From contig NW_003314285.1 in assembly GCF_000143415.4 (NCBI RefSeq), forward strand, positions 709,370 to 773,369: DNA of 64,000 nt, read 5' to 3'. The translations under genes and the position numbers were made by a program. This document shows positions 24,975 to 36,719 of the stretch, in pieces (positions within the stretch are counted from its first letter, which is position 1; the number at the start of each line of letters is the position of its first letter). The notes under the pieces were generated by a model. The model did not search any database. It was not told where the DNA came from and saw only the letters and a program-made list of their open reading frames with translations. The DNA comes from Selaginella moellendorffii. Its lineage: Eukaryota > Plantae > Lycopodiophyta.

Positions 24975-25883
24975 ATGAAAGTATTTTCAATCATAAAATT
25001 TTATATTTTAATTTATTTACATGTGAAATCTCTTTCAATGAAAATTACTTATAGTGGTAGATATAATATAACAGAAAAAAGTGTTATACTAATTTTAAAT
25101 AGTATGAAAGCAATGATAAATAAAATTCCTTCTGTAGATATACCAAAAGGTCAAAGTATGGAACTTGAATTTACACTTGAAGATGATATACAAGGACCTA
25201 TGGAATGTGTTAATCAACTTTGGATTTATAGCACTGATAGAAAAATGATTGATTTAACTTGTAGTGCAAAACTTGATGAATATGAACAAGATAATGGTGA
25301 TAATATGAGAATAGAGTTTACTAACTTATTAGAAAGTTATCGTTTGCGTATTCAAGTTTTGCGTCCATTATTTTTCAGAATAATAGCTGGTTATTATTGT
25401 ATTGAGTTTTTTGCAAAATTATTTCATAATCATGGATCTGAAAGTATAGATAAGTATAATTTAGATAACTTACATGATTGTAGGATTTATTTAACAACAC
25501 TAATTAGCAATATGCCTTTTAATGTTTTAAAAGCATCTGAATTTTTAATATCTCCAAATAGTAAAGCCCATTTATATTTACATTATAATTGTGTTTTAAT
25601 TTTATATATTAAAAATTCTATAAGATGGTATAAAGGATCTAAATACTTTCAAAATTGCGAATTTAAAATACAAATGGATGGAAATATAGTTTTATATTCT
25701 GAAAATAAAGATGTAATATGGTCCCCAAATATTTATTGTAAGACAAAGTATTGTAAAATTAAAACATTTCTTTCACTTCAAAATGATTGCAATTTATTAT
25801 TATATGAATCTCATCAAAAAATATTTTCTAAGCATCCTATATTAAGAGTGTTGTGGGCTTCAAATACAAACCCATGTGATTAG
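24975..25883 (+). CDS. AT-rich intronless secreted protein: unknown N-terminal domain + bulb-type lectin (paralog of 21193-22092)
   Basis: 302-aa ORF collinear with the 21193 gene. QMDGNIVLY, QNDCNLLLY, VLWASNT. Confidence 0.8.
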   Translation: MKVFSIIKFYILIYLHVKSLSMKITYSGRYNITEKSVILILNSMKAMINKIPSVDIPKGQSMELEFTLEDDIQGPMECVNQLWIYSTDRKMIDLTCSAKLDEYEQDNGDNMRIEFTNLLESYRLRIQVLRPLFFRIIAGYYCIEFFAKLFHNHGSESIDKYNLDNLHDCRIYLTTLISNMPFNVLKASEFLISPNSKAHLYLHYNCVLILYIKNSIRWYKGSKYFQNCEFKIQMDGNIVLYSENKDVIWSPNIYCKTKYCKIKTFLSLQNDCNLLLYESHQKIFSKHPILRVLWASNTNPCD

Positions 25884-26396
25884 ATTATAATTAATATTTA
25901 TTGAACTAAAAAGGGATTGGTATATGCATAGATTCTTTAGTTTTCTTTTTTTGTTTTTAAATGTAATAAGTTCAGGTTTATTTAAAAATTATAATTTTAC
26001 ATAAAATTCGTACCATCCTCATGGTTTTCTCAATGACATTGGTCAAGAGTGGTCTGTATAGCGTCGAGCTCCATTTGCCAGAGTTTGAGCCAGCGAGCTT
26101 CATCACAGAAGCTTCATGGAGCTTTTGTGAGACGGACCAAAAAAACAATACGAACTTTTACTTCGAGCTTGATGTCCAAGAAAATTAGCCTCAATAGTAT
26201 GCTTGTCACAGGTCAAATCATTTAACATTAAGCAGGGAACCATGGTTTTGATCGTCATATGTGAATACGTAACTATAATTCAGCTTTAGTCAATCTAGTC
26301 ATATATAAAGAATTTTGCTGGCGAAAGAATAAGTGATTATAATTTCTGAGCTTTACAGTTTGAATGTGATGAGAAGTTTTCCTTCTTTCCTTTTTT

Positions 26397-29391
26397 TTAA
26401 GCTGCTGCTGCTGGCTGTATGCTGCCTGGTAACGCATCTCGGCCATTTATCTCGTGCGATGTCACTGGGGTGTGACCTTCCACGAGATCCAAAGACCTCT
26501 CCGATGGTACGTGAAAGTCTCTCAGGATTTGCTCGTTCGCTAACCGAGCCGACTTGGTTTCCAGCACCACCAAGATGTGTCTTTCCAGCTCGAAACGCAT
26601 GAATTCCTCTGTGCAGGCTGTGGTTTACCAATAAGTTTCAGTGATCAAAGGTAGAAACCACGAGGAACTTACAGTCGACCAATCTAGAGAACTGCCTCAA
26701 ATTGCGAATTTTCTCCCCGTTGAAAGTCAGCACCTAAGATTCAAGGTTCTTAGTTTTGTCCAAACGAGGACAACACCAACGAGCCAACGCCTACCTCCAC
26801 GTTCTGGAGATTTTCATAGCCTGCGTTGACAGGATGCGCCAGTACCTAGATAAAATGTTTTCACGTTTGTAGTTAAAAACAAAAAAATGTAGTGTTTACC
26901 TGTGACATAACTATGACTTGCTGGTCTTCAAACTCCACCATGCCATTCCTCGCGATTTCTCTCAGCTTTCCCTGTTTGAAAGCACATCGTTACGAGTAAC
27001 TCGGCAATGCTATACATTACTTACTGATACTTCCGCTTCACCGAGGTCGCACTCTGACCTGGAAACAACAGAAGTTTTTATTTTTTAAGCAGCTGCTTAT
27101 GCCGACCAAATTTGTAAGCTTACTCGAGGTAAGGAAAGCACAGTGGGACGAAGACGAGGCCCGCAACAATGAAATACGAAGGCATTTTAGATGCTAGGTG
27201 AACAGGAACCTGCACAGGACGAGTGAAGGGTACTGAAAGGTGTTGAGAGATTTAAAGTGCTCACCAGCCGAACAGGAGGTTTAAAAACTGTTTGGACTTT
27301 CAGTTCCTTCCCATCACGAAGAAGCTCTAATTCTGCTGTTTCGCCTGAGAATCTGCTAGCAAAACCTTGTAAAAAACGAGCAGCAAGGGAAAACCTACAG
27401 ACATACTTTTGAGTGACAAGAAACTCAAAATCGATTCGTTCCCCTGTCCGGAAAGAAACTGTTCCTTCGTTAGCTATAGGTACACCATCAAAACTTAACA
27501 AAACATCGCCCTGTCAAAGAGAAAAGGTCAGAGTCCATTACAAATTACACATCACTTACAGCCTTCACGGCGCTGGCAACGGGGGCAAGTGGCTCAACTC
27601 TTCGAATAAGCACACCCTGAAACAAAGTTCAGATGCATATATACGGTCATCACATATACCTTCTGCCCACTTTTCATCTTTAACGAGGCTCGCATTGCTG
27701 AGTTTTCCAGCTTTTGCCACCAAACGGCTAATGATGGAAAGCCTGATTGCACCGAAAGAAAGTTTAGAAAAATACTTTGAAAATTATGTATACTTGCCAG
27801 TGTATCTTCCGTTTTGTTCGAAGTCCTTCAAAAAATGAAATATTACAGCTGTGGGAATCACAAAACCAATGTTTTCTACATCCATATCCTTCAATGACTG
27901 AAAAGTAAAACGAACTACGGTTGATTGCCACTCCACATAAAACAGAAAGAGAAACCTGAAAGGCGATTCCCACGCATTCACCCTCTTCGTTGAAGGCAGG
28001 ACCACCGCTGTTTCCTGGAAAACAATATAAACTTTGGAACCCTTACTTACAACCTCAAAGTTACCAGCATTGATGGCTGCGTCGATCTGGACCCCAAGTA
28101 GCTCAGATGCTCCATGTACATACGACGTTACCTGAAAAGCCAGGCATTTTAGCTTTCGATATAACTACCAAACCTTCTTACTTCTATACGGGAAACCACA
28201 CCACTGGTCACTGATATGGTTTCACCACCCATTGGGTAGCCCACAACAATCACAGGATCCTAATATAACAGTAGTCAGGAGATGGACTAAACTTTCAAAG
28301 GAACATTTGAAACCTGTAGCCTAGGCAAGCTTCCAAACTTTAAAGGCTCCACAGCTTCCCAAAACTCTTCGCTGTCAACCGTAAGGAGCGCCAAGTCGCA
28401 ATCAGGGCCCTCAGCAAGAACCTGATGGCAAATGATCCCAGTCGTTTTAAGAAAATCTGAGATACGCACTCACCCTGGCAACAAACTTGGTATCGTCTCC
28501 ACGCTTTTTTACTTGCACCTGTAAATTTTCAGTGAGAAGAGAAAACAATCAATTAGCAAGGCGTACTTGTGTGTGGTGCTCGACACAGTGTGCATTTGTC
28601 AGCAACCTTCGGCCCGATATGACGAAACCGCTGCAAGAAGCAAACTATCAAAGTTAAGCTTTCCTTTCCAAGGTTTTCGGAGTACCTGCCAGTGCTCATG
28701 AACTGCCGTTGCTTTTGCCAAGGAAGAGAATAATCTGGCTCAGAGTGAGTGCAGTACACCTGCGTAAGAGGAAGACTGCATGCTCAATTGTTATCCGCTG
28801 GGATGGCTTGGAGACGAATGAAAGAATAAAATGCCAGCACCTTTACAACGCCATCCAGACAGAGATTCTCTTCGATGTCGTCTTCGCCGTCATCGAGCTG
28901 TTAAAAAGATGCTCGTAAACTTTCGTGAAACAAAGAAGAAATAAGAACACCGCAAACCTGGTAGAGATCTTCTAGCCAAACGCTCGTGTCTGAAGCCTCG
29001 AGAATGTCTAATCCTTTCTTTTCCCGCTCGTCATCTGAGCCTTCGCTTTGGTCCTGCTCCACTTCGATAATGTTCTTCTTACGAGCCTCTACAACAAAAA
29101 CTTTGGATGAACTCCTCTGGTTCAAGGAAAAAAAACCATGGTGAGTCATAGAAATAACAAGGGAAGGAAAGGTATCGTGAAACTTACAATGCGCTTGAGC
29201 CTAGTCCCATCCAATCTCGTCCCAGAGAAACCTGACACCAAGCAATGCTTCCTCGCGCATTGCCGGTGACACAATCTACCGCTGCTGCTGCTGGCTCCCT
29301 GGCTCAACCTCAGCAGAGACGATGGAACAATAACCGGCAAACAAGCACGCACGGAATCCAATGCTGTGAAGGAAGCAGTCACGCAAGCCAT
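26397..29391 (-). CDS. DEG2: Deg/HtrA protease, DEG2-like (chloroplast), many introns
   Basis: [66 protein letters not shown]. Last exon ends ...QPAAAA*. Confidence 0.85.
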
Positions 29392-29727
29392 TCTTCCGTG
29401 AAATCCAGCTCAATCCCTGGAGCTCAGACGCTGGCGTGTGGAATCGCCATTGCGAATTCGATTCCTACGCACTTACAGCGAGAGGAGATTGGAAGCCGCC
29501 GCATTCCAGTCGCATTGCGCATTGCCGCCAAGCCCTAGGGGCTTGCAAGAGCGAAATAGAGAATATTCATATCCATTATTCTTCCAGCAAAGGTAGAGAA
29601 TTTAATCTAACCTTTGGTATAAACATCACTTAACGAAACAATCTCCACCACAGGTACACGATCATGTACCGTGTTGCTTTGATTTTGTTTCTAGTTCTTT
29701 GTTCTTTACGTATACATACCTTTGGTT

Positions 29728-31801
29728 TCAATCTTCGCAAAGGCTGTGGAATCCCATGTATTCCCCTGCGATGTATCTTCTAATGTCCGCGAAGCCTCCA
29801 ATGATTCCTGAAAATTGTTCGTGGCACAGTCAGTTTTTTGACAGTTTGATCGAGGATTTCCACAAACCCAGAATGATGGCACTTGATCCGATTATGGCCG
29901 CCAGGATAAAAATGATGAACGAAGTTCTTCCGTATCTCCGGATGAACAGTTTGGTTGCGTGGAGGCCAACCAACGCTGCGATGCCGCATAGCGTGGTGAA
30001 ATATGCAGCTGACAGTGAAAGGAGGTGGTGTTTCGTTAGAAGACGAGAACAAAGATTGTCGCGTACCAAATCTGACTGGAAGTCTTCCCAGAAGATAGAA
30101 CTCTACAACGGACATCGATGAGGAGAAGACAACGATAAACGTCGTGGTTGCGGACGTAACCTGCGAAAAGAGAAAAGGAATCCAAGCTCTGGTACAGACT
30201 CTCGAGTCTTTGGGAAAGTTGTCATACCTGTGGGATTATGCCGAGTTCCAGAAACAATGGCGCCAGTATCATCCCCCCTCCAATGCCTAGCAGCCCTCCA
30301 ACGACACCGGCGAGTACCGCATAAAGAGGATACAAAAAGAGCTGCTCGCAAGTTGGACCCGCAGCTGGCTTTTCTTTCCCGAAATCTCCTCGTCTGTAAA
30401 TCCTCCACACTCCAATTGCGGTTGCTCCGATTGAAACTGGGGCCTGTGTTTTCAAAAGCAAAAGTTGAGAAAATGCCACAGAGAAAGATACTTACTTGGA
30501 GGACATTCAGAATCCAATAAAGACGTCCACATGTCGCGGCACCAGACTAGAAAATGAGACCAGTCATGCTCAATCATACACAAAAGAAAAATCAAGTACC
30601 TTCAGCAATTGCAGAATGAGATAGACCGTCCACACAGTACAAAGGAGACAGATGTTGGCCCACTTGATCGAAGATGATAAGCCTTCCTGCTTGAAAAAAA
30701 CATCCACATCATCAGGACAACATTTTTTAACAGTGCGACGCTTACTGGAGCACATTGCTCGGACTTTGCTAGCAGACCCTGCTCCAAAGACGACGATGGC
30801 TCCGTCCGGGAATTTGAGCCAAAATCTACACAGGCATGGGCAAGTTGTGATAAACAAATGAGTCGTGCGCTACCTTCTTCCCCGGTGTCACAACAGTGGG
30901 CCTAGCAACAGAAACACGACTTTGTTCATTTTTGTCTACGCCAAAAGAATAGGAGCAAACCTTTTGCTCAGATTCCGTGCTCCAGGTACATGCACCTTTG
31001 TTGAACGTTTTAAATGCCATAGCTGCAAAAAACAACCAGTGGGAGCGGCTCATATTGTGCTTGCTCTAGAACGAAGCATGAAATAAAATCATGGAGGAAA
31101 GAAAAGAAGTCGTGCTTACCAGTAAGAACAGCGACGAGCAGAACTGTGAGGATCCAGTCCGGGAACATCACATTGCACATAACTCCGATGCTAATTCCCA
31201 GTAAAAGCATGGGCTGTATGAGAAGCGCAAGGTCGTAGTCTATGAGCGGCTTGTCAAGCACGGGATGCTTGGATGGTAAGTTGTAGAGAGCTGAAGCAAC
31301 AGCACCGCCCATAATCATCGCTGCACCAAACAACAAATGTAAAAAGGAAGAGACTTTCACCTTCGAACGAAGGATAGACAAGAACAAAAGGAAAACTCTA
31401 CTCACATTTCGATAGAGCTGCCGACGTCTTCACATCGAATCCAATCAAGAGCCGAAACAAGGGAACGAAGAGGCCGCCACCGCCGACGCCGGCCGCGTTT
31501 GCAAACATCGCTCCAAGAAACGCCACGACAGAGCCTAGTACCATTCTCCAGTTGAGAGAAAACGCCTTGCGACAGCCAAGGACGAGTCTGAGAGCTTCCA
31601 TAGAAAAGCTGGATCGAAATGCGGTGAAATCGCGCTTACCGGCCAAGATCGCGAGGCAGGGAACATCCCTTCCAGCTTGTGCGCGGTATTCTCGACCCAG
31701 CTTGCCTCAGACGAGCGCTCCCGCTGCACTGCCGCCGCCATCGCCACGAAAAATAGCAGCGGCATCAAAGCCCCAAGCGCCCGCGGGCGCAGCGCCGCCA
31801 T
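29728..31801 (-). CDS. Sulfite exporter TauE/SafE family membrane protein
   Basis: GVGGGGLFVP, IDYDLALLIQPMLLLGISIGV, GGLLGIGGGMILAPLFLELGIIPQV. Terminal exon YMGFHSLCED*. Confidence 0.88.
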
Positions 31802-32086
31802 GATCGATCCACTAGCAGCGATTGACGAACTAGGGATCGATCGATCGCGGGCGCTTTTCCTGGACAAGAAAACTCCAAGGAAATAATTGTGACACCCTCA
31901 TTACATCAGTAATAGTTTATTTGATGACGTAAAGTATATTCTTAAACATATTCATACGGAATATTCTTTAGGGCTAGCAGCCAAGAGAGTTTGCCCTAGG
32001 TTGCGCCAAGAGCGTTTGCCCTAGGTTCTTTGCGAGGAGCTGCGCCGCGATCTTCTTGCAAGGTACTGTCTGGAGATCTAGCAGCA

Positions 32087-33757
32087 ATGCCGGCGCCAGT
32101 GCTGGTTCTCAATGAATCGACCAAGCGCGAGACGGGGAGCAAGGTCTACCACGCCAACATCCAGGCGTCCAAGGCCGTGGCGGACATCATCCGGACGACT
32201 CTGGGCCCAAGATCCATGCTCAAGATGCTGCTGGACGCCTCGGGGGGGATCGTGCTCACCAACGATGGAAATGCGATCCTCCGGGAGCTGGACGTGGCTC
32301 ACCCGGCCGCCAAGATGATGCTGGAGCTCAGCCGGACGCAGGACGAGGAGGTGGGCGATGGCACCACCTCGGTCATCATCCTCGCCGGGGAGATGCTCTA
32401 CGTCGCGGAGCCTTTCCTGGAGAAGCTCTTCCACCCCACCGTGATCTGCCGCGCCTTCGCCAAAGCTCTCGAGGACTCGCTGGCGGTGCTCGAACAGGTT
32501 GCGTTCCCGATCGACGTGAGCGACCGGGAAATGCTGCTCAACATCGTCCGGAGCTGCATTGGGACCAAGTTCACGAGCCGGTTTGGAACTCTCATCGCGG
32601 ACCTGGCCATCGACTCGGTCAACATGGTGGCGATCGATCTCGGCAATGGTCTCAAGGAGATTGACGTGAAGAAGTACATCAAGGTGGAGAAGATCCCCGG
32701 CGGCCAGCTCGAGGAATCGAAAGTTCTCAAGGGCGTCATGTTTAACAAGGACGTGGTGGCTCCTGGCAAGATGCGACGACGCATCGTGAGCCCCCGGATC
32801 GTTCTCCTCGACTGCCCGATCGAGTACAAGAAAGGCGAGAACATGACCAACGCGGAGCTGATGAACGAGGAGGACTGGAGCATGCTGCTCAAGCTGGAGG
32901 AGGAGTACATCCAGACGATGTGCTCGCAGATCGTCAAGTTCAAGCCGGACGTGGTGATCACGGAGAAGGGCCTGAGCGATCTGGCGTCTCACTACTTCAG
33001 CAAGGCGGGAGTGAGCGCCATCAGGAGGATCCGAAAGACGGACAACAACAGGATCGCGCGGGCCTGCGGAGCCACCATTGTCAACCGGCCGGAAGAACTC
33101 CAGGAGAGCGATGTTGGGACCGGGGCCGGGCTCTTCGAGGTCCAGAAGATTGGCGACGAGTTCTTCACCTTCATCACCGACTGCAAGGATCCAAAGGCGT
33201 GCACGATCCTTCTCCGTGGCGCGAGCAAGGACGTGCTCAACGAAGTGGAGAGGAACCTCCACGACGCGATGGGAGTCGCCAGGAACGTCATCCGGGACGC
33301 AAAGCTCCTCCCGGGTGGAGGAGCCACTGAGATGGTGGTGTCGGCCGCGCTCAAGAAGAAGGCCTCGTCCATCGAGGGCGTGGAGCAGTGGCCTTACAAG
33401 GCAGCGGCACAAGCTTTTGAGGTGATCCCACGGACTTTGGCACAGAACTGCGGTGTCAACGTGATCCGGACGATGACGGCTCTCCAGGCCAAGCACGCCG
33501 ACGAGGACAACGCCAACTTCGGGATCGAGGGCCACACCGGGAAGATCACGGACATGAAAGAGGCAGGAGTTTGGGACTCGTTTGGTGTCAAGGCTCAGAC
33601 GTTTAAGACGGCGATCGAGGCTGCTTGCATGCTTCTCAGGATTGACGACATTGTGAGTGGCATCAAGAAGAAACAGACTGGGCCGAAAGCCAAGACGCCA
33701 AAGACTCAGATCGAGGATGACAAGGATGTGGATAGTGAGCAAGCTATTCCAGAGTGA
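32087..33757 (+). CDS. CCT3: T-complex protein 1 subunit gamma, intronless
   Basis: MPAPVLVL, IRTTLGPRSMLKMLLD, GDGTTSV, LLRIDDIVSG. Confidence 0.95.
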   Translation: MPAPVLVLNESTKRETGSKVYHANIQASKAVADIIRTTLGPRSMLKMLLDASGGIVLTNDGNAILRELDVAHPAAKMMLELSRTQDEEVGDGTTSVIILAGEMLYVAEPFLEKLFHPTVICRAFAKALEDSLAVLEQVAFPIDVSDREMLLNIVRSCIGTKFTSRFGTLIADLAIDSVNMVAIDLGNGLKEIDVKKYIKVEKIPGGQLEESKVLKGVMFNKDVVAPGKMRRRIVSPRIVLLDCPIEYKKGENMTNAELMNEEDWSMLLKLEEEYIQTMCSQIVKFKPDVVITEKGLSDLASHYFSKAGVSAIRRIRKTDNNRIARACGATIVNRPEELQESDVGTGAGLFEVQKIGDEFFTFITDCKDPKACTILLRGASKDVLNEVERNLHDAMGVARNVIRDAKLLPGGGATEMVVSAALKKKASSIEGVEQWPYKAAAQAFEVIPRTLAQNCGVNVIRTMTALQAKHADEDNANFGIEGHTGKITDMKEAGVWDSFGVKAQTFKTAIEAACMLLRIDDIVSGIKKKQTGPKAKTPKTQIEDDKDVDSEQAIPE

Positions 33758-34989
33758 AAAGAAGTTTACGTAATTTTACTCTCTCTTTTTTCATTTCCTT
33801 CTTTCCTTTTTCCCAGTTTCCAGTTTAGCTTGTGTTTAAAATCTTAAAATTACATGGCTTTCCAACATTTTATAACTAGACATTGCCTGGTTGGCAAAGC
33901 TTTTTTGATCCACGTATTATCAATACAAGATTGCCTTCTGCAAGATCTCTTGCTGGATCTCTAGGGTAACATCTGGATCCATTCAGCTGTTCCACCACCA
34001 TCTGTGAAATTCACTATCTGCACATGCAGCAAGTATTAAGCCCGGTTCAAAATATTTCATGATATCCTTACCATTATTGTTCATGCCTAATATCCTTTTA
34101 GATCAAAGGTATAAGATGGCTATTAACAATTGCTCTAGCCATGCAGTGTATTTTCTTCTACCATGCCTGCTTTATGTTTTATCAGTTTAGCTTTAAATTT
34201 GCACATAGAACTTAACAAGTTTTTATAATCAATTGTATGTTTAATCTCAATAAATTGTAAATTTGACATCTGACTCTAAGAATTAAGAGAATAAATAACA
34301 AAAATATACATATATTGCTTAGGATTCTTTCTCTTCTTGAAGTGTTGATATGAAACTTAATCACCTTTGTCAAAATAGCTCGTCTTAGGTAGAAAACACA
34401 ATGTGGTTGAGCCAAATGTGAAGCAATTTGCAAAAACAAGCACAACAGCACACTTTAGCCCACTTAAAACTGAACATTATTTTGGCTAAGGCTGGCAATC
34501 TTGTTTACTGTCCCACTACCAAGCAATGCCCAATAGTTCAAACACTTATCTTAAGTTTTTATGGAGATTGACATATGCGTTTGGAATGTGATCACCAGAT
34601 TTGTTCAGCACTCTCTTTGCAGAGCCAGCACCTCAATGTGTATTTATATAGTTAAAATTAAGTTCCTTTACTCCACGCCACAAAACAGAAGATTGAGAGT
34701 GATCCCTATCCTCAGCAGGGATTTAAGATAGAGGGAACGAACAACAATTTCCCAATTTGATTCTTGCCCATATGTGTAAATTTTCGTTATCATCTCACAA
34801 CAACCAATGGCAAGTGGCGCCAGACAGCTTGGCGGAGACAAAACTTATTATGGTTCCAATCTGACAATTGTTATTCACTGGATCTGACAACTCCTCCTTA
34901 TTATTAGATTCATTGTTTAAGGTGAACTGTGCGAATTCCATAATATAAAGAACCTTTCACTTGGTACTTTCTAGTGAGGGTAGTGAGAG

Positions 34990-36099
34990 ATGGAAGATGT
35001 CTTGGCTGAAAGATTGTCTAGAGTTAGCAAGTTTGATTTGCCTTCCATTCCTTGCAGCATTCCCTTGGAATGTCATCCTGAATTCTCTCGGATATCTGAA
35101 GTTACTGATGCATGGGCTATTAGAATGTTGGGTATCACTGATCCATATGAGAGACAGAAAGCTATTCAGGCAAGATTCGGTTTGCTCACCGCACTAGCTA
35201 CACCTAGGGGAGAGAGCAGTAAACTCGAGGTTGCATCAAAGCATTTCTGGACTTTTTTCGTTCTAGATGACATTGCCGAGACAGACTTCGGTGAGGAAGA
35301 GGGGCAAAAAGCTGCTGATATTTTGCTTGAAGTTGCTGAGGGAAGCTATGTTTTTAGTGAAAAAGAAAAGCAGAAGAATCCGAGCTATGCCATGTTTGAG
35401 GAGGTGATGTCGAGCTTCCGCAGTCTCATGGATCCCCCACTGTTTGCTCGCTACATGACTTGTCTGAAAAACTTTCTGGATTCTGTGGTGGAGGAGGCCT
35501 CTTTGCGATTTGCCAAATCCATTCCAAGCCTTGAGAAATACCAGCTGCTCCGGAGAGAGACAGTCTTTGTTGAAGCGTCCGGAGGTATTATGTGTGAGTT
35601 TTGCATGGATCTCAAGCTGGATAAGGGTGTGGTTGAATCCCCAGAATTCGTAGCCTTTGTCAAGGCAGTGGTTGATCACGCCGCCCTTGTCAATGATCTC
35701 CTTTCCTTCCGACACGAGATGAAAATCAAGTGCTTCCACAACTATCTCTGTGTCATCTTTTTCCACAGCCCGGATAATGCAAGTTTTCAAGAGACTGTCG
35801 ACAAGGTATGCAAAATGATCCAGGAGAACGAAGCTGAGATTTTGCAACTCCAAAAGAAGGTGATGAAGATGGGCGTGGAAACTGGGAACAAAGATCTAGT
35901 GGAGTACGCAACATGGTATCCTTGTTTTGCATCTGGACACCTTCGCTGGTCGTATGTCACAGGACGCTACCATGGACTTGACAATCCACTGCTGAATGGT
36001 GAACCATTCCATGGGACCTGGTTTTTACATCCAGAAGTCACTCTCATGTTGCCATTTGGATCCAAATGTGGTGATCATCCATGGATTGCAAGAAGCTAG
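34990..36099 (+). CDS. MTPSL: Microbial terpene synthase-like protein (MTPSL; resembles Selaginella MTPSL22-type as recalled)
   Basis: Single alpha-domain class I TPS with DDIAETD, NDLLSFRHE (NSE/DTE) and WSYVTGRY. Intronless, 369 aa. Confidence 0.92.
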   Translation: MEDVLAERLSRVSKFDLPSIPCSIPLECHPEFSRISEVTDAWAIRMLGITDPYERQKAIQARFGLLTALATPRGESSKLEVASKHFWTFFVLDDIAETDFGEEEGQKAADILLEVAEGSYVFSEKEKQKNPSYAMFEEVMSSFRSLMDPPLFARYMTCLKNFLDSVVEEASLRFAKSIPSLEKYQLLRRETVFVEASGGIMCEFCMDLKLDKGVVESPEFVAFVKAVVDHAALVNDLLSFRHEMKIKCFHNYLCVIFFHSPDNASFQETVDKVCKMIQENEAEILQLQKKVMKMGVETGNKDLVEYATWYPCFASGHLRWSYVTGRYHGLDNPLLNGEPFHGTWFLHPEVTLMLPFGSKCGDHPWIARS

Positions 36100-36719
36100 G
36101 GATATTGGGAAATAATTCCATCTCAATAGCGTGGTATTCATGTGAAGTTGGAGTCTTTATAATATTGAATCTTTAGCATATCTCCTCTTATAGTTCTTAT
36201 GAGACATGCTTTGCAACGAGTTTTTCACTTTCCAACGTCTTTTTCAACATCTTTTGCAATTTGAACCACTAAATATGCATAGTTTTATATTTTATTTTAA
36301 TATTCCATACACTCACTGGTTAACACTTCATTAAAATTTTGTAAAACTTGTGTATGCATTTGTTCTTACCACCCTTAATAATGTTTTTTATTTGGCACAA
36401 TATTATGAGATATTGCTTCTTCCATTTCTCATTATATCTTTTAGTTCTATTTCTTGTAGAAGATGGTTCAATTTCAATGGAAGTTGATGCTATTACTATC
36501 TAAGTTCAAGGAGTTAATATTGCTCTTATTGCTTCTCCCCCTTATCTTATACTTCATTATATTTTTTCAATTCTTTTTATTTCTGTTCCTTTTAGTTTTT
36601 TTTCTTTTACCTGTGCTTTTATCATTTTTTATCTTTCCATTACTTCTTTTTATATTTCCTCTTTAGATCCTTTTGACGGCTTTTGTGTTATAATGGTTGA
36701 CTGGTTTATAAAGGAATAT

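Noticed and set aside
32078-33742. 554-aa antisense ORF over CCT3
   Set aside because: Shadow ORF caused by strong GC3 codon bias; the composition is not protein-like.
36463-36666. Hydrophobic F/L-rich ORF
   Set aside because: Low-complexity T-rich sequence next to a retroelement remnant.
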